This document shows, in pieces, positions 1-9,333 of a stretch of 42,443 bases of DNA. The translations under genes were made by a program, and so were the position numbers. A model generated the notes under the pieces. It ran no database searches, was not told the origin of the DNA, and saw only the letters and a program-made list of their open reading frames with translations. This DNA comes from Desulfobacteraceae bacterium (GTDB taxonomy: Bacteria; Desulfobacterota; Desulfobacteria; Desulfobacterales; Desulfosarcinaceae), in the NCBI GenBank assembly GCA_027025615.1, contig JALVQM010000166.1, forward strand, positions 1-42,443. Reading direction: 5' to 3'. Each line of letters opens with the position of its first letter. Position 1 is the first letter of the stretch.

Positions 1-2
1 CC

Positions 3-677
3 GGATGTGGCCATGTTTTCTGGGTCCTGCAACCGTCAAAACTCGACATCATTACTTATTACAGCAAAAAGGTATATCAGCAGCCGGCAATGGCCTACAT
101 GGTCATTGATGATTCGGAGGGAGTCCCGTTCACCCTGGATTTTGCATATCCTTTTGTCCGTGACAAAATAGTCATGATGGGATTTGGCGATATTTGCCTT
201 GGTCCTCTGGATGCCTTTAACCAGGCAGAAAGGACATTGCACAAAACAGGTGCGGATGTCGCGCTCGGTCTTTTTCCGATTCACGATCCGGATACACGGC
301 AACGCAGTGACATGGTCGAAATTACCAGTGGTCAAAAAATAAGCAAAATCCAGGTTAAACCCTCGAAAACAGATTTGAGTCTTAGTTGGGCTTTGGCGGT
401 ATGGCGACCTTCCTTTACAGACTTCATGCACCGCAAGCTGCAAAGGTTGCCAAAAAAGGACGGCTCTGTTTCAAGAGCGGAAATACACCTTGGAAATATA
501 TTCCAACAAGCCATTGAAGATGGGCTCACGTTGGTGGGCCATAGCTTTGACCATGATACCTTTCTTGATCTTGGCACCCCTGAAAGCTGGTATGCAGCAA
601 CCGTCAGAGGAGTCACGCCCTGGGGGGCCAAAAAGCACGGGCCTGGCGGGCAGTCTGTTCAGGAGCCACAAAAGTAG
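3..677 (+). CDS. Sugar-phosphate nucleotidyltransferase-like protein, C-terminal part (5' end lies outside the window)
   Basis: The frame is open from the window edge (GCGHVFWVLQPSKLDIITYY... precedes the tracked Met at 90). The body and the DLGTPESW tail resemble NTP_transferase-fold enzymes. Recognised by eye only. Confidence 0.55.
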   Translation, partial: GCGHVFWVLQPSKLDIITYYSKKVYQQPAMAYMVIDDSEGVPFTLDFAYPFVRDKIVMMGFGDICLGPLDAFNQAERTLHKTGADVALGLFPIHDPDTRQRSDMVEITSGQKISKIQVKPSKTDLSLSWALAVWRPSFTDFMHRKLQRLPKKDGSVSRAEIHLGNIFQQAIEDGLTLVGHSFDHDTFLDLGTPESWYAATVRGVTPWGAKKHGPGGQSVQEPQK

Positions 678-1650
678 CCATGTCGCCCAACATCAATTCG
701 TAACCTGTAAAATCACTGCGCACCCAGGGAGCATAGTTAGCCCTTACCTTCAACGAAACCCTCAGCTCCAAACGGCTGGAGGGCTTTTCGACAGCAAGCA
801 AACCAAGGTTGTAAGCATTGCGGTTGAGCTTACGAAAGAACCGCTGGGCACACAGAACTCCCTGGGCAAGTTCCTGCCAGCGCTCATGCTCTATGCCGCA
901 AATGGAATTACGGCCCGGCAAAATGGCCCAAAGCTCAAAAAAACCTTCCGGGGCAAAGGCTGTCAACCAGTGCCATTGACCCGTGCAGCTTATGTAACGC
1001 TGGCCTGCCCTGATTTCATGTTCGAGGTAGGTTGCAAAAATTCCCTTGCCTGTTGCCGAGTAAAATTTTTCCGCCCGTTTCTCCAGAAATCGATGATGAT
1101 TGGACGCTACCCGGTCGGCATGAACCTGTAGATGTGGATGTACAAGGGAACCTCCTGCAGCAGGAAGATGATTCTGGGTAACAGCCACGTAAACAGCTTC
1201 CCTGTCTTTTGCCAGCACTTTCTGCAGGTATTTGCAACAGTTGATAAAACTGTTTGCATAAGTATTTTCGTCGGCAGTTCCTATTTCCACGAAATGCTGC
1301 TCGTCGAAAAGGCTTACAGCGGAATAGGCACCATACGGAAACAGGTTGGGAAAAAGAACCGAGCTGCCTTGACGTTGGCGGCCTTCAGGCAACAGGCTGG
1401 AGATGGCCCTGGGAGTCGCTCCCTCAAGCTGCCGGGGACAGAAGGGACAATTAACTGTATCATCTGCGGTCGGCGGCCTGGGAGGGAAATCATCCGTGGA
1501 AGCTTCTTTTTCCAGGCTTCGGCTGAAAGTAATCCTGCAACTTCGCCCGGTAACAGGATCCTTCCTTATTTCAATCGGCCTTTCAATTGTTTTTCCCCGG
1601 GTGTCCACAATCCGGGCAACAATGTTTTTCGAGGAAAAGATCAGATCCAT
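613..1650 (-). CDS. Galactose-1-phosphate uridylyltransferase-like / HIT-family nucleotidyl phosphorylase
   Basis: Cys motif CPFCP near the N-terminus and the histidine motif LVHPHLQV (HxHxQ, GalT branch of the HIT superfamily). I moved the start to the ATG at 1650, which follows GGTGGAGG by 8 nt. The tracked start at 1677 is a TTG. Confidence 0.7.
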   Translation of the reverse strand: MDLIFSSKNIVARIVDTRGKTIERPIEIRKDPVTGRSCRITFSRSLEKEASTDDFPPRPPTADDTVNCPFCPRQLEGATPRAISSLLPEGRQRQGSSVLFPNLFPYGAYSAVSLFDEQHFVEIGTADENTYANSFINCCKYLQKVLAKDREAVYVAVTQNHLPAAGGSLVHPHLQVHADRVASNHHRFLEKRAEKFYSATGKGIFATYLEHEIRAGQRYISCTGQWHWLTAFAPEGFFELWAILPGRNSICGIEHERWQELAQGVLCAQRFFRKLNRNAYNLGLLAVEKPSSRLELRVSLKVRANYAPWVRSDFTGYELMLGDMATFVAPEQTARQARAFWPPRA

Positions 1651-1907
1651 GGGGTTAACCTCCACCCTATTATCCAACTTCCTTGTATATCGATAATTTT
1701 AAGTTTGGTAGCACAGGGTAAGCCAAAGGCCAAAGTATTTTCCGCAAAAAGCATAGAAAATACCGTTTACCGGGACATCTTAACATACAGATTATCTATT
1801 TTACTTATATATATTTTCCATTTATACATCTGTTCAACCTGGGTTTGTCCAAGCAGCAAAACAGTAACCAACACATTTGGTAATTTTATAAACAGGTTGA
1901 TGTTCAT

Positions 1908-2405
1908 ATGGGTTGGATTAACAAAAAATTTCCCGAGATTAAAAGCCTTATGGATTTTGGGGGACGCCTCGGCCTGGCACTGGTTTTCTTCTGGTCAGGA
2001 GCTGCCAAACTGTTTTCTCCAGTACAGTTCGCATCCACCATCAGCGACTTCGGGCTTTTACCGGACCAAATAACCATTGTGGCCGCTCTTGTAATCTCCG
2101 CCCTGGAAGTATTGCTGGCAATCGGGCTGCTGACTAATATACGCGGGGCAGTTGCCATGGCAGCCGGGGCAATAGTATTTTTTATAATCATAATAGGTTA
2201 TGGAATGTTCATCGGCCTTGACATCGATTGTGGATGTTTTGGCCCAGGTAACCCTGAGTCAAGCCCCCATGGCGAGCTGCACTCTGCCTTATTGCGTGAC
2301 CTGGCGCTTCTGGCCCTATCGCTTTTCATTATGGCAAACAGGGCGGTGGAAAATGGCAAATTAAAACCTGTAATAAACTTTTTTTCAAAACAACCCCGCT
2401 ATTAA
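1908..2405 (+). CDS. MauE/DoxX-family integral membrane protein
   Basis: Four hydrophobic segments and the DIDCGCFG motif typical of MauE-type membrane thiol proteins. Confidence 0.6.
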   Translation: MGWINKKFPEIKSLMDFGGRLGLALVFFWSGAAKLFSPVQFASTISDFGLLPDQITIVAALVISALEVLLAIGLLTNIRGAVAMAAGAIVFFIIIIGYGMFIGLDIDCGCFGPGNPESSPHGELHSALLRDLALLALSLFIMANRAVENGKLKPVINFFSKQPRY

Positions 2406-2435
2406 CACGTTCTAATTCAGTAACAAGGAGGACAA

Positions 2436-2969
2436 ATGCGTAAGCGTTTATTGCTGATTTTGTTGGTTATTCTGGTTGCAGCCGCACCTGCTTCGGGGTC
2501 CTTATTTAAAAATAAGTTCGAAAAAGAAATCGCCAATGAAACCTTGGCTGTAAAATTGGCTCGAGAAACAGTGCGGGGTGGATACAATTTAGTCACCGCC
2601 ATGGAATTGAAAGCATGGCTCGACCAGAAAAAACCAATGCTGGTGATCGATACCATGCCGTATGAGTCAAGCTATAAGAAAGGACACATCCCTGGAGCCA
2701 AGCAATTTTTATTTCCGATTCAGGAAATGGAAAGCTGGGACAGAAATAAAACAGGCGGTAAAAGCCTTGAAGATTTCAAGGCCTTGCTGGGACCGGACAA
2801 ACAGCGGACGATTGTTATATACTGCGGATTCGTAAAATGCGGTCGCAGTCACAACGGTGCCGGTTGGGCTGTCAAGCTGGGATACAAAAACGTATTCAGA
2901 TTTCCGGGCGGCATTTTTGCCTGGAAAGGAGCAGGTTACAAAGTTGAAAAAATTGATAAAGGAAAATGA
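2436..2969 (+). CDS. Exported rhodanese-domain sulfurtransferase
   Basis: N-terminal signal-like peptide MRKRLLLILLVILVAAAPASG. Rhodanese fold with active-site loop IVIYCGFVKCGRSHNGAGW and a GGIFAWKGAGY tail. GGAGGA Shine-Dalgarno sequence upstream. Confidence 0.8.
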   Translation: MRKRLLLILLVILVAAAPASGSLFKNKFEKEIANETLAVKLARETVRGGYNLVTAMELKAWLDQKKPMLVIDTMPYESSYKKGHIPGAKQFLFPIQEMESWDRNKTGGKSLEDFKALLGPDKQRTIVIYCGFVKCGRSHNGAGWAVKLGYKNVFRFPGGIFAWKGAGYKVEKIDKGK

Positions 2970-3577
2970 TGGTCTCAATTAAAATTATGCCTGAATTTAA
3001 AATTGAACGCTCTTCCTGCTTTTTTGATTCCCATGACGAACACAGCCGAACAGTTAATGCCATTGGACGCAAGGCAGCCAACCTTTTTGCCAGCGGCCAG
3101 ATGTGGTGTGCAGAAGCTGTATTCTACGTTCTGAACCGCAGTTTTGACGGTGGTCTGCCTCCTGAAACAGCCCAGCAACTGGGCTCCGGACTGGGCCAGG
3201 GCGTGGGTGGCAAAGGTTGCATTTGCGGAGCGCTGAACGGAGCAGCCATGGCGATTGGACTGTTATTGGGCAACCACAAACCTGGATGGTCAACCAACAA
3301 GCACGTCATGGAGCTTTGCGGCCAGCTCCATGACCGTTTTCGCAAAGCTTTCGGCGCGACCTGTTGTCGCACCCTTACCCGCTCGGTGGAGGAAGGCTCT
3401 CGCCAGCATATACATCGTTGCGCCATGCATACCGCCATGGCAGCTGCCACAGCGGCTGAAATCATCCTGGAACAAAAGCCGCAACTGGAAGAAAAAGTCG
3501 ATTTTCCTTTCCTTGAAAGACTTGACGGCAGACTCTCTTCCGGCCTGAAAATTTTATCCGGCCTGTTACAGCCATAG
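2966..3577 (+). CDS. C_GCAxxG_C_C family putative redox protein
   Basis: Motif series CAEAV ... GKGCICGALNGAAMAIG ... CGQL ... CCRTL matches the C-GCAxxG-C-C signature. The start overlaps the rhodanese stop (ATGA at 2966-2969). Confidence 0.7.
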   Translation: MMVSIKIMPEFKIERSSCFFDSHDEHSRTVNAIGRKAANLFASGQMWCAEAVFYVLNRSFDGGLPPETAQQLGSGLGQGVGGKGCICGALNGAAMAIGLLLGNHKPGWSTNKHVMELCGQLHDRFRKAFGATCCRTLTRSVEEGSRQHIHRCAMHTAMAAATAAEIILEQKPQLEEKVDFPFLERLDGRLSSGLKILSGLLQP

Positions 3578-3666
3578 GCGATGCTTTCGGATTAGGCCTT
3601 GCCCTCAGCTTTCGTCGGCATTATAACAATGCATGTAAATTAACAACAGCCATTGGATGATCTGAA

Positions 3667-4731
3667 TTGGTCAATTTCCGCGACATACTGAAAAAACCGA
3701 CCCTCCAGAGCCTGTCCAAAACGTGTGGCTGAGCAGCTAAAATCGACCCGGTCGGGCTCGGTACACTACTGGAAAACCTTGTACAGGCAGATGATCCCAA
3801 TCTCCTGGTGGGTTACAACACAAGCGACGATGCCGGTGTATACCGCATCAGGGATGACTTGGCCCTGGTGGTAACGGCAGACTTTATAACCCCCCCGGTA
3901 AATGATCCTTTCATATACGGCCAGATAGCAGCCGCTAATGCCATCAGTGATATATACGCCATGGGAGGCCGACCGTTGCTTTGTCTCAACCTGGTTTGTT
4001 TCCCATCGCAACAGCTCCCTCCGGAACAGCTGCATAAAATCGTGGAAGGGGCCGCCCTGAAAATCAGTGAATCAGGAGCTGTGCTAGCCGGAGGACACTC
4101 AGTGGAAGACAGTGAGCCAAAATTCGGGCTGGCGGTAACAGGACTTGTACACCCGGATAAGGTATGGACCAATTCCGGGGCCTGCCCCGGTGACGTCCTG
4201 ATCCTGACAAAACCTCTGGGAAGCGGCGTTTTATTCAACGCCAACCTCAAAAAGTGGGTATCACAGCAGGCCATGGAAGCCTGTATCAAGGTAACTTCGT
4301 CCTTAAACCGGAATGCGGCTATGACAATGGCCAATTTTGAAATTCATGCCGCCACCGATGTAACCGGTTTTGGCCTGGCCGGTCATGGGCTTGAAATGGC
4401 AAAAGGATCAGGGGTATGCCTTGAGATAGACATCAATGCACTGCCGGTTATGGACCAGGCATTGGAAATGTACCGCAAGGGAATGAATACGGGTGTCAAC
4501 CCTTACAACCAACAACTTACCGAAAAATATACTATTTTAAACAGCCGGCTTCCGGACTGGCACCGCCAGATAATTTATGACCCCCAGACCAGTGGAGGAT
4601 TACTGGCGGCCATACCGGCCGGACAGGCCGACCGTCTCCTGGCAGAGCTTGAATCCAACCAGGTTGCGGGTGCCAGGATAATCGGACGGGTAAGGGAAAC
4701 ATCGTCCGGTAAACACCTTGTTTTTAACTGA
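3667..4731 (+). CDS. selD: Selenide, water dikinase (selenophosphate synthetase), selenocysteine-containing form
   Basis: The tracked ORF (3808..4731) is clearly SelD/AIR-synthase-like (DDAGVY, VVTADFITP, DIYAMGG, GGHS). The same frame continues upstream through TGA 3730-3732 and reads (M)VNFRDILKKPTLQSLSKTCG-U-AAKIDP. That places U where E. coli SelD has Cys17 in GAGCGCKISP. The first start after the upstream stop is TTG 3667. Confidence 0.85.
3742..3762 (+). promoter_or_regulatory. Candidate bacterial SECIS hairpin for the selD UGA
   Basis: AUCGACCC[GGUC]GGG(C)UCGGU lies 9 nt after the UGA. It forms an 8-bp stem with one bulged C. The GGUC apical loop matches the loop of the E. coli fdhF SECIS. 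Confidence 0.55.
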
Positions 4732-4749
4732 CGGCCGGTACACCTGTTT

Positions 4750-5271
4750 TTAGAATTCTATGCCTTTTTGAGCCTTTACCCCGGACCGATAGTGGTGTTT
4801 GACTGCCTGCATTTCTGTTATCATATCGGCCGCTTTTAAAATCTGTTCCGGTGCTTGGCGACCGGTTATTACCAAGTGCAGTTCTCTTGGCTTGCGCCCT
4901 AAGACATCCATGAATTCATTCATGCTGATCATTTCATAGTTTAAAATGTAAGTAAATTCGTCAAGAATCACCATCTGGTAATCACCCTTGAAAATCACCT
5001 CTCTGGCAAACTTCCACGCCTCGGCCGCCGCCCGGGTATCTTTTTCAAGGTCTTTTGACTTTAAGGTAAAGCCCCTGCCCATTACGTAAAAATCAAGCAA
5101 ATCTGAATAACGTTTAACCGCCTCCAGTTCCCCGTAACGCCAGGAACCCTTGATGAACTGGATAAAACAAACCCGCATGCCGTGCCCAACCGCCCTCATG
5201 GCCATCCCAAGGGCTGAAGTCGTTTTGCCCTTTCCGTCGCCGGTCAGTACCATCACAAGCCCCGTGGACAT
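4750..5271 (-). CDS. cobO: Cob(I)yrinic acid a,c-diamide / cob(I)alamin adenosyltransferase
   Basis: Full-length resemblance to the CobA/CobO/BtuR family: VLTGDGKGKTTSALG P-loop, FIKG, ILDEF. Confidence 0.85.
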   Translation of the reverse strand: MSTGLVMVLTGDGKGKTTSALGMAMRAVGHGMRVCFIQFIKGSWRYGELEAVKRYSDLLDFYVMGRGFTLKSKDLEKDTRAAAEAWKFAREVIFKGDYQMVILDEFTYILNYEMISMNEFMDVLGRKPRELHLVITGRQAPEQILKAADMITEMQAVKHHYRSGVKAQKGIEF

Positions 5272-5554
5272 TGTTATACCTCCAGAAAAATAGTCTCCTG
5301 GACAATACTACATGTAAAACGGCAGCGCAAATATGTAGCTGTATGGGCTGCCCGGCGTCATGATATCCCCTTTTGTCGATAAATCATTAGAGTTTTTATG
5401 GCTTCTTACGCAATTTTCGCCCAAGGCCAATACTTTGACAAAAAACCGCTGAAGCGTTATAGACACCTTCATCCTCACTGATTTGGTCGGAAAGCAGTTG
5501 CAGGCATTTAACCTTGCTCAGCCTTTGATTAAAATCAAACTACAAGGAATAACT

Positions 5555-6229
5555 ATGAATACCAACCACGAGCCGGACCTTGCAAACTTCCTGGCCAGAT
5601 ACGAGACAAAGACCCATAAAATGTCAATCAACGGAAAAGAGCTTACTTTTTTCGTACCACGGGATATAACCGACCTCATTGACATGGAAAATCCAATGAG
5701 GAACTTTCCACTCTGGGCCAAGGTATGGGAAGCCGCAATAGTCCTTTTGGATCACATGGCCAGGCTTAAGCCTTCCCCTGAACGACGGGTACTGGAAATC
5801 GGTGCCGGCCTTGGAACTGTGGGGATCACGGCTGCCAGCCTCGGCCACAGGGTAACCATTACCGAATACAACCCTGATGCCCTGGAATTTATCCGGGCCA
5901 ACTGCCTGGCAAATGGTTGTAAAGATGTAGAGGTGCTTTACCTGGACTGGAACAACCCTATCCTTGACGGCAAATTCGACTTGATCATTGGATCTGAAGT
6001 AGTTTACAGGGAACAGGATATTGACAACCTGAAAAAACTTTTTGATCAGGCCTTGGCCCCTAATGGTCAGGTTGTGCTGGCCGAGCAACTCCGCAGCACA
6101 GGCATGAGTTTCTGGCAAAAAATGGCTCTTAGCTATTCCATCAAAGCTCGCCGGGTAAAATTGAGATCAGACGATACTCCTGTCCAGATCTCCATTTTTG
6201 AACTGAAACCATTGGGAAACAAGTCCTGA
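5555..6229 (+). CDS. Class I SAM-dependent methyltransferase (Methyltransf_16-like)
   Basis: Motif I VLEIGAGLGTVGI followed by RVTITEYNP and DLIIGSEVVY. The start was moved to ATG 5555, which lies behind AAGGAA. The tracked start at 5483 is a non-ATG codon with no Shine-Dalgarno sequence. Confidence 0.7.
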   Translation: MNTNHEPDLANFLARYETKTHKMSINGKELTFFVPRDITDLIDMENPMRNFPLWAKVWEAAIVLLDHMARLKPSPERRVLEIGAGLGTVGITAASLGHRVTITEYNPDALEFIRANCLANGCKDVEVLYLDWNNPILDGKFDLIIGSEVVYREQDIDNLKKLFDQALAPNGQVVLAEQLRSTGMSFWQKMALSYSIKARRVKLRSDDTPVQISIFELKPLGNKS

Positions 6230-6246
6230 CCGAGTGGAGTATTCCC

Positions 6247-7242
6247 ATGGCAAGGGGTGAACAACTTTCCCGGCAGTGGAAAATCATCCAAACCCTGACC
6301 GGATCCCGGGCAGGCAAAACAGCCGGCGAACTGGCCGAAACATTGGGTTGTCATGTCCGTACCATCTATCGTGATCTCAACGCCTTGGAGTCAGGCGGAT
6401 TTCCTCTTTACGTCGAAAAGAAAGAAGGCCAAAGCCGCTGGCATATTCTGGAGCAGGCACGTCACCAGGTCCCCCTGCCCCTTACCCTGACAGAGGCCAT
6501 GGCCCTGTACTTCAGCAGGGATATGCTCAAATCCCTGGAAGGCACCATTTTCCACCAATCAATGACCACATTGATCGACAAACTTTCAGCCACCATGCCG
6601 GCCGAAGTACGTGATTATGTCCATCACAGCCTGGACCACCTCCACGTAAGTATCAAAAACCGCAAGCAGGCAGGTACCATCCAGCCCGACCTGCATCTTT
6701 TGCAGCAAGCCATAGCCGAACGGCAGGTTGTGGAAATGACCTATTATACCATGAGCCGGCGCAAGTCAGGCCGGAGACAGGTTGAGCCGTACCATATTTG
6801 GTTTTTTGACGGCACCTTCTACCTGATTGCATATTGTCGCCTGCGCAAGCAAATCCGGATTTTTGCCGTTGACCGGATGGACCAATTGAGCTTTATTCAG
6901 GAAACCTTCGAACCACCGGAAAATTTTGACCCGGCGGCCTGGATGATGTCCAGTTTCGGTGTATTCAAGGGAGAGCTCCATACGGTGGTTGTGGAATTTT
7001 CTCCCGGAGTCGCCGGATATATAGAAGAAAAAATCTGGCACCCTTCCCAGCAGATAGTTAAGAAAACCGATGGCCGCCTGGTCTTGACCCTCAAGGTTGC
7101 CGGCCTGGAAGAGATAAAGCATTGGCTTATGCAGTGGGGAGGGACCTTCAGGGTCATTGCCCCGCTGGCCCTGGCCCGGTTAATCCGTGAAGAAGCTGAA
7201 GCTATCTTGATCAAAAACCCTATAGAAGAAAAGGCTGACTGA
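6247..7242 (+). CDS. HTH plus WYL-domain transcriptional regulator (YafY/PafBC-like)
   Basis: N-terminal wHTH (ELAETLGCHVRTIYRDLNALESGGFPL). Central WYL-type region (RQVEPYHIWFFDGTFYLIAYC) and a C-terminal WCX-like extension. Confidence 0.75.
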   Translation: MARGEQLSRQWKIIQTLTGSRAGKTAGELAETLGCHVRTIYRDLNALESGGFPLYVEKKEGQSRWHILEQARHQVPLPLTLTEAMALYFSRDMLKSLEGTIFHQSMTTLIDKLSATMPAEVRDYVHHSLDHLHVSIKNRKQAGTIQPDLHLLQQAIAERQVVEMTYYTMSRRKSGRRQVEPYHIWFFDGTFYLIAYCRLRKQIRIFAVDRMDQLSFIQETFEPPENFDPAAWMMSSFGVFKGELHTVVVEFSPGVAGYIEEKIWHPSQQIVKKTDGRLVLTLKVAGLEEIKHWLMQWGGTFRVIAPLALARLIREEAEAILIKNPIEEKAD

Positions 7243-7244
7243 AG

Positions 7245-8387
7245 ATGCTCCTTGAATCAAAACTTCCAGATATCGGAATCACCATTTTCACCATCATGAG
7301 CAAGCTGGCTTCCGATACCGGAGCCATAAATTTATCTCAGGGCTTTCCGGATTTCGAAGTCGATCCCCGCTTGATCGAACTGGTGAACAAGCACATGTCG
7401 GCCGGCCGCAACCAGTACGCACCCATGCAGGGAGTAGCATCCCTGCGCCAGGCCCTGGCGGAAAAAACCAAAAAACTGTACGGCGCAACCATTGATCCCG
7501 ACACCCAGATTACTGTGACCTCCGGTGCCACCGAGGCCTTGTTCAGTGCCATAACCGCGGTAGTTCAACCCCGGCAGCAGGTACTGGTAATTGAACCGGC
7601 TTTCGATTCATATGTACCTGCAATCCTTCTGAACCAGGGCGAACCGGTTTTCGTCAAGCTAACCTGGCCGGGCTACAAGATCGATTGGGACCGGGTGATT
7701 GACAGCATTACACCCAAAACCAGGGCCATAATCCTGAACTCGCCCCATAATCCAACCGGAACCGTCCTGGCAGACGAGGATATCGATGCCCTGAAAATGC
7801 TTGTCGAGCGCAATGACTTGATTATAATCAGCGACGAGGTTTATGAACACATAATTTTCGACACGATGATCCATCACAGCATGCTGCGCTATCCAGAACT
7901 TGCTGCCCGCAGTATGGTTATAAGTTCTTTTGGCAAAACCTACCATACCACGGGCTGGAAAATCGGCTATTGCATAGCCCCGCCGGAGTTGACCGTTGAA
8001 TTCCAGAAGGTGCACCAGTTTCTCACCTTCTCTGCCAATACCCCTATTCAGCACGCTTATGCTGATATCATGCAGCATGAAGAACTTTACTTGAAACTTG
8101 GAGCCTTCTATCAGGAAAAACGGGACCTTTTCCTGGATCTGCTGTCCACTTCCCGCTTTAAACCCCTGGATTGCAAAGGAACCTATTTCATCATGCTGGA
8201 TTATTCCGAAATAAGCCGGGAACCCGATACGGAATTTGCCCGCCGAATGACCCGTCAATACGGAGTTGCAGCTATACCTCCGTCTGTTTTTTACCATGAC
8301 GACACAGACAACTCTGTTTTGCGTTTTTGTTTTGCCAAGAAAGACAAAACCCTGGAAAAGGCAGCTCGAAAATTATGCGCGATTTAA
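7245..8387 (+). CDS. Class I/II PLP aminotransferase (YbdL / glutamine-methionine transaminase-like)
   Basis: INLSQGFPDF, NSPHNPTG, and SSFGKTYHTTGWKIGY carrying the PLP lysine. Starts 2 nt after the WYL gene stop. Confidence 0.8.
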   Translation: MLLESKLPDIGITIFTIMSKLASDTGAINLSQGFPDFEVDPRLIELVNKHMSAGRNQYAPMQGVASLRQALAEKTKKLYGATIDPDTQITVTSGATEALFSAITAVVQPRQQVLVIEPAFDSYVPAILLNQGEPVFVKLTWPGYKIDWDRVIDSITPKTRAIILNSPHNPTGTVLADEDIDALKMLVERNDLIIISDEVYEHIIFDTMIHHSMLRYPELAARSMVISSFGKTYHTTGWKIGYCIAPPELTVEFQKVHQFLTFSANTPIQHAYADIMQHEELYLKLGAFYQEKRDLFLDLLSTSRFKPLDCKGTYFIMLDYSEISREPDTEFARRMTRQYGVAAIPPSVFYHDDTDNSVLRFCFAKKDKTLEKAARKLCAI

Positions 8388-9157
8388 CCGTAACCCTCAT
8401 CCAAAGCGAACTTGTCTGGGAAGATATCGATGCTAACCTGAAGCTTTTCGATGCCAAAATAGATGCTCTCGAACAATTCGGCGACCTTATCGTTTTGCCT
8501 GAAATGTTTTCCACCGGTTTCAGCATGAACCCGGACGGTCTGGCTGAAACCATGGACGGACGGACGGTGTCATGGATAAGGGCCAAGGCTGAAGCCACGG
8601 GAGCCGACCTTGCCGGAAGCATCATGATCAGGGAAAGAGATGGATATTACAACCGCTTGGTTTGGGCAAAACCCAACGGCCGGATTAAAACATACGACAA
8701 GAAACATTTATTTCGTTACGCCGGGGAGCATGAAGTTTACCGGTCCGGGAACAAGCTTTTGACCGTTGGGCTTCATGGTTGGAAAATACGCCCCTTTATC
8801 TGTTACGATCTGCGTTTCCCACTTTGGACCCGTAACTTTGACAATGCCTACGATCTTGCTGTCTTCGTTGCCAACTGGCCCCAGCGCCGTGCTGCTCACT
8901 GGCGGGCATTGCTGATTGCCAGGGCCATCGAAAACCAGGCTTTCGTTATCGGGGTCAACCGCGTAGGCACTGATGGCAAGGGTTATTACCACAGCGGTGA
9001 CTCAGCGGTCATATCTCCCACGGGGAAAATCATCTTCACCCGGAGCCACGCACCATGTACAAAAACCTTAACCTTGAAATATACGGAAATCACCGCCTAC
9101 CGATCCGGTTTTCCGGCCTGGCAGGATGCAGACGGTAATCTGGCCAGACTGCCATAA
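8375..9157 (+). CDS. Carbon-nitrogen hydrolase (omega-amidase, YafV-like)
   Basis: Nitrilase-superfamily Glu-Lys-Cys triad context (LPEMF, YDKKHLF, ICYDLRFP). The ATG at 8375 overlaps the aminotransferase end by 13 nt. The tracked start at 8327 would sit inside that gene. Confidence 0.8.
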   Translation: MRDLTVTLIQSELVWEDIDANLKLFDAKIDALEQFGDLIVLPEMFSTGFSMNPDGLAETMDGRTVSWIRAKAEATGADLAGSIMIRERDGYYNRLVWAKPNGRIKTYDKKHLFRYAGEHEVYRSGNKLLTVGLHGWKIRPFICYDLRFPLWTRNFDNAYDLAVFVANWPQRRAAHWRALLIARAIENQAFVIGVNRVGTDGKGYYHSGDSAVISPTGKIIFTRSHAPCTKTLTLKYTEITAYRSGFPAWQDADGNLARLP

Positions 9158-9333
9158 GCCAGCCCCTTGCATACCTTCTTCCCAGTGCTTAAATTGATGC
9201 TGATTTTAAGGCTGCCCTGCCAGGGGTTGCATCCATTCGCTCCTGTCAATTTGTTCACCGGCCATCCGGCCGCATTTGCTGATGAAACAGAAAGCCTTAA
9301 CCGGGCTTACACCAAGTAATAAAGGAGGGGCAA

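Noticed and set aside
613-677. A 65-nt convergent overlap between the 3' ends of the nucleotidyltransferase and GalT-like genes. I considered it as a sign of a frameshift or pseudogene.
   Set aside because: Both frames are intact through their conserved cores. The overlap involves only non-conserved C-terminal tails. Without homologue alignments there is no evidence of disruption.
5272-5420. A possible cobalamin riboswitch upstream of cobO. The minus strand has TGTCCAGGAGACT, faintly like the B12 box.
   Set aside because: The match needs an extra base relative to the B12-box consensus. It sits only a few nucleotides upstream of the cobO ribosome-binding site (CTGGAGG). I could not find the other conserved riboswitch elements, such as GCCACTG or the paired regions.
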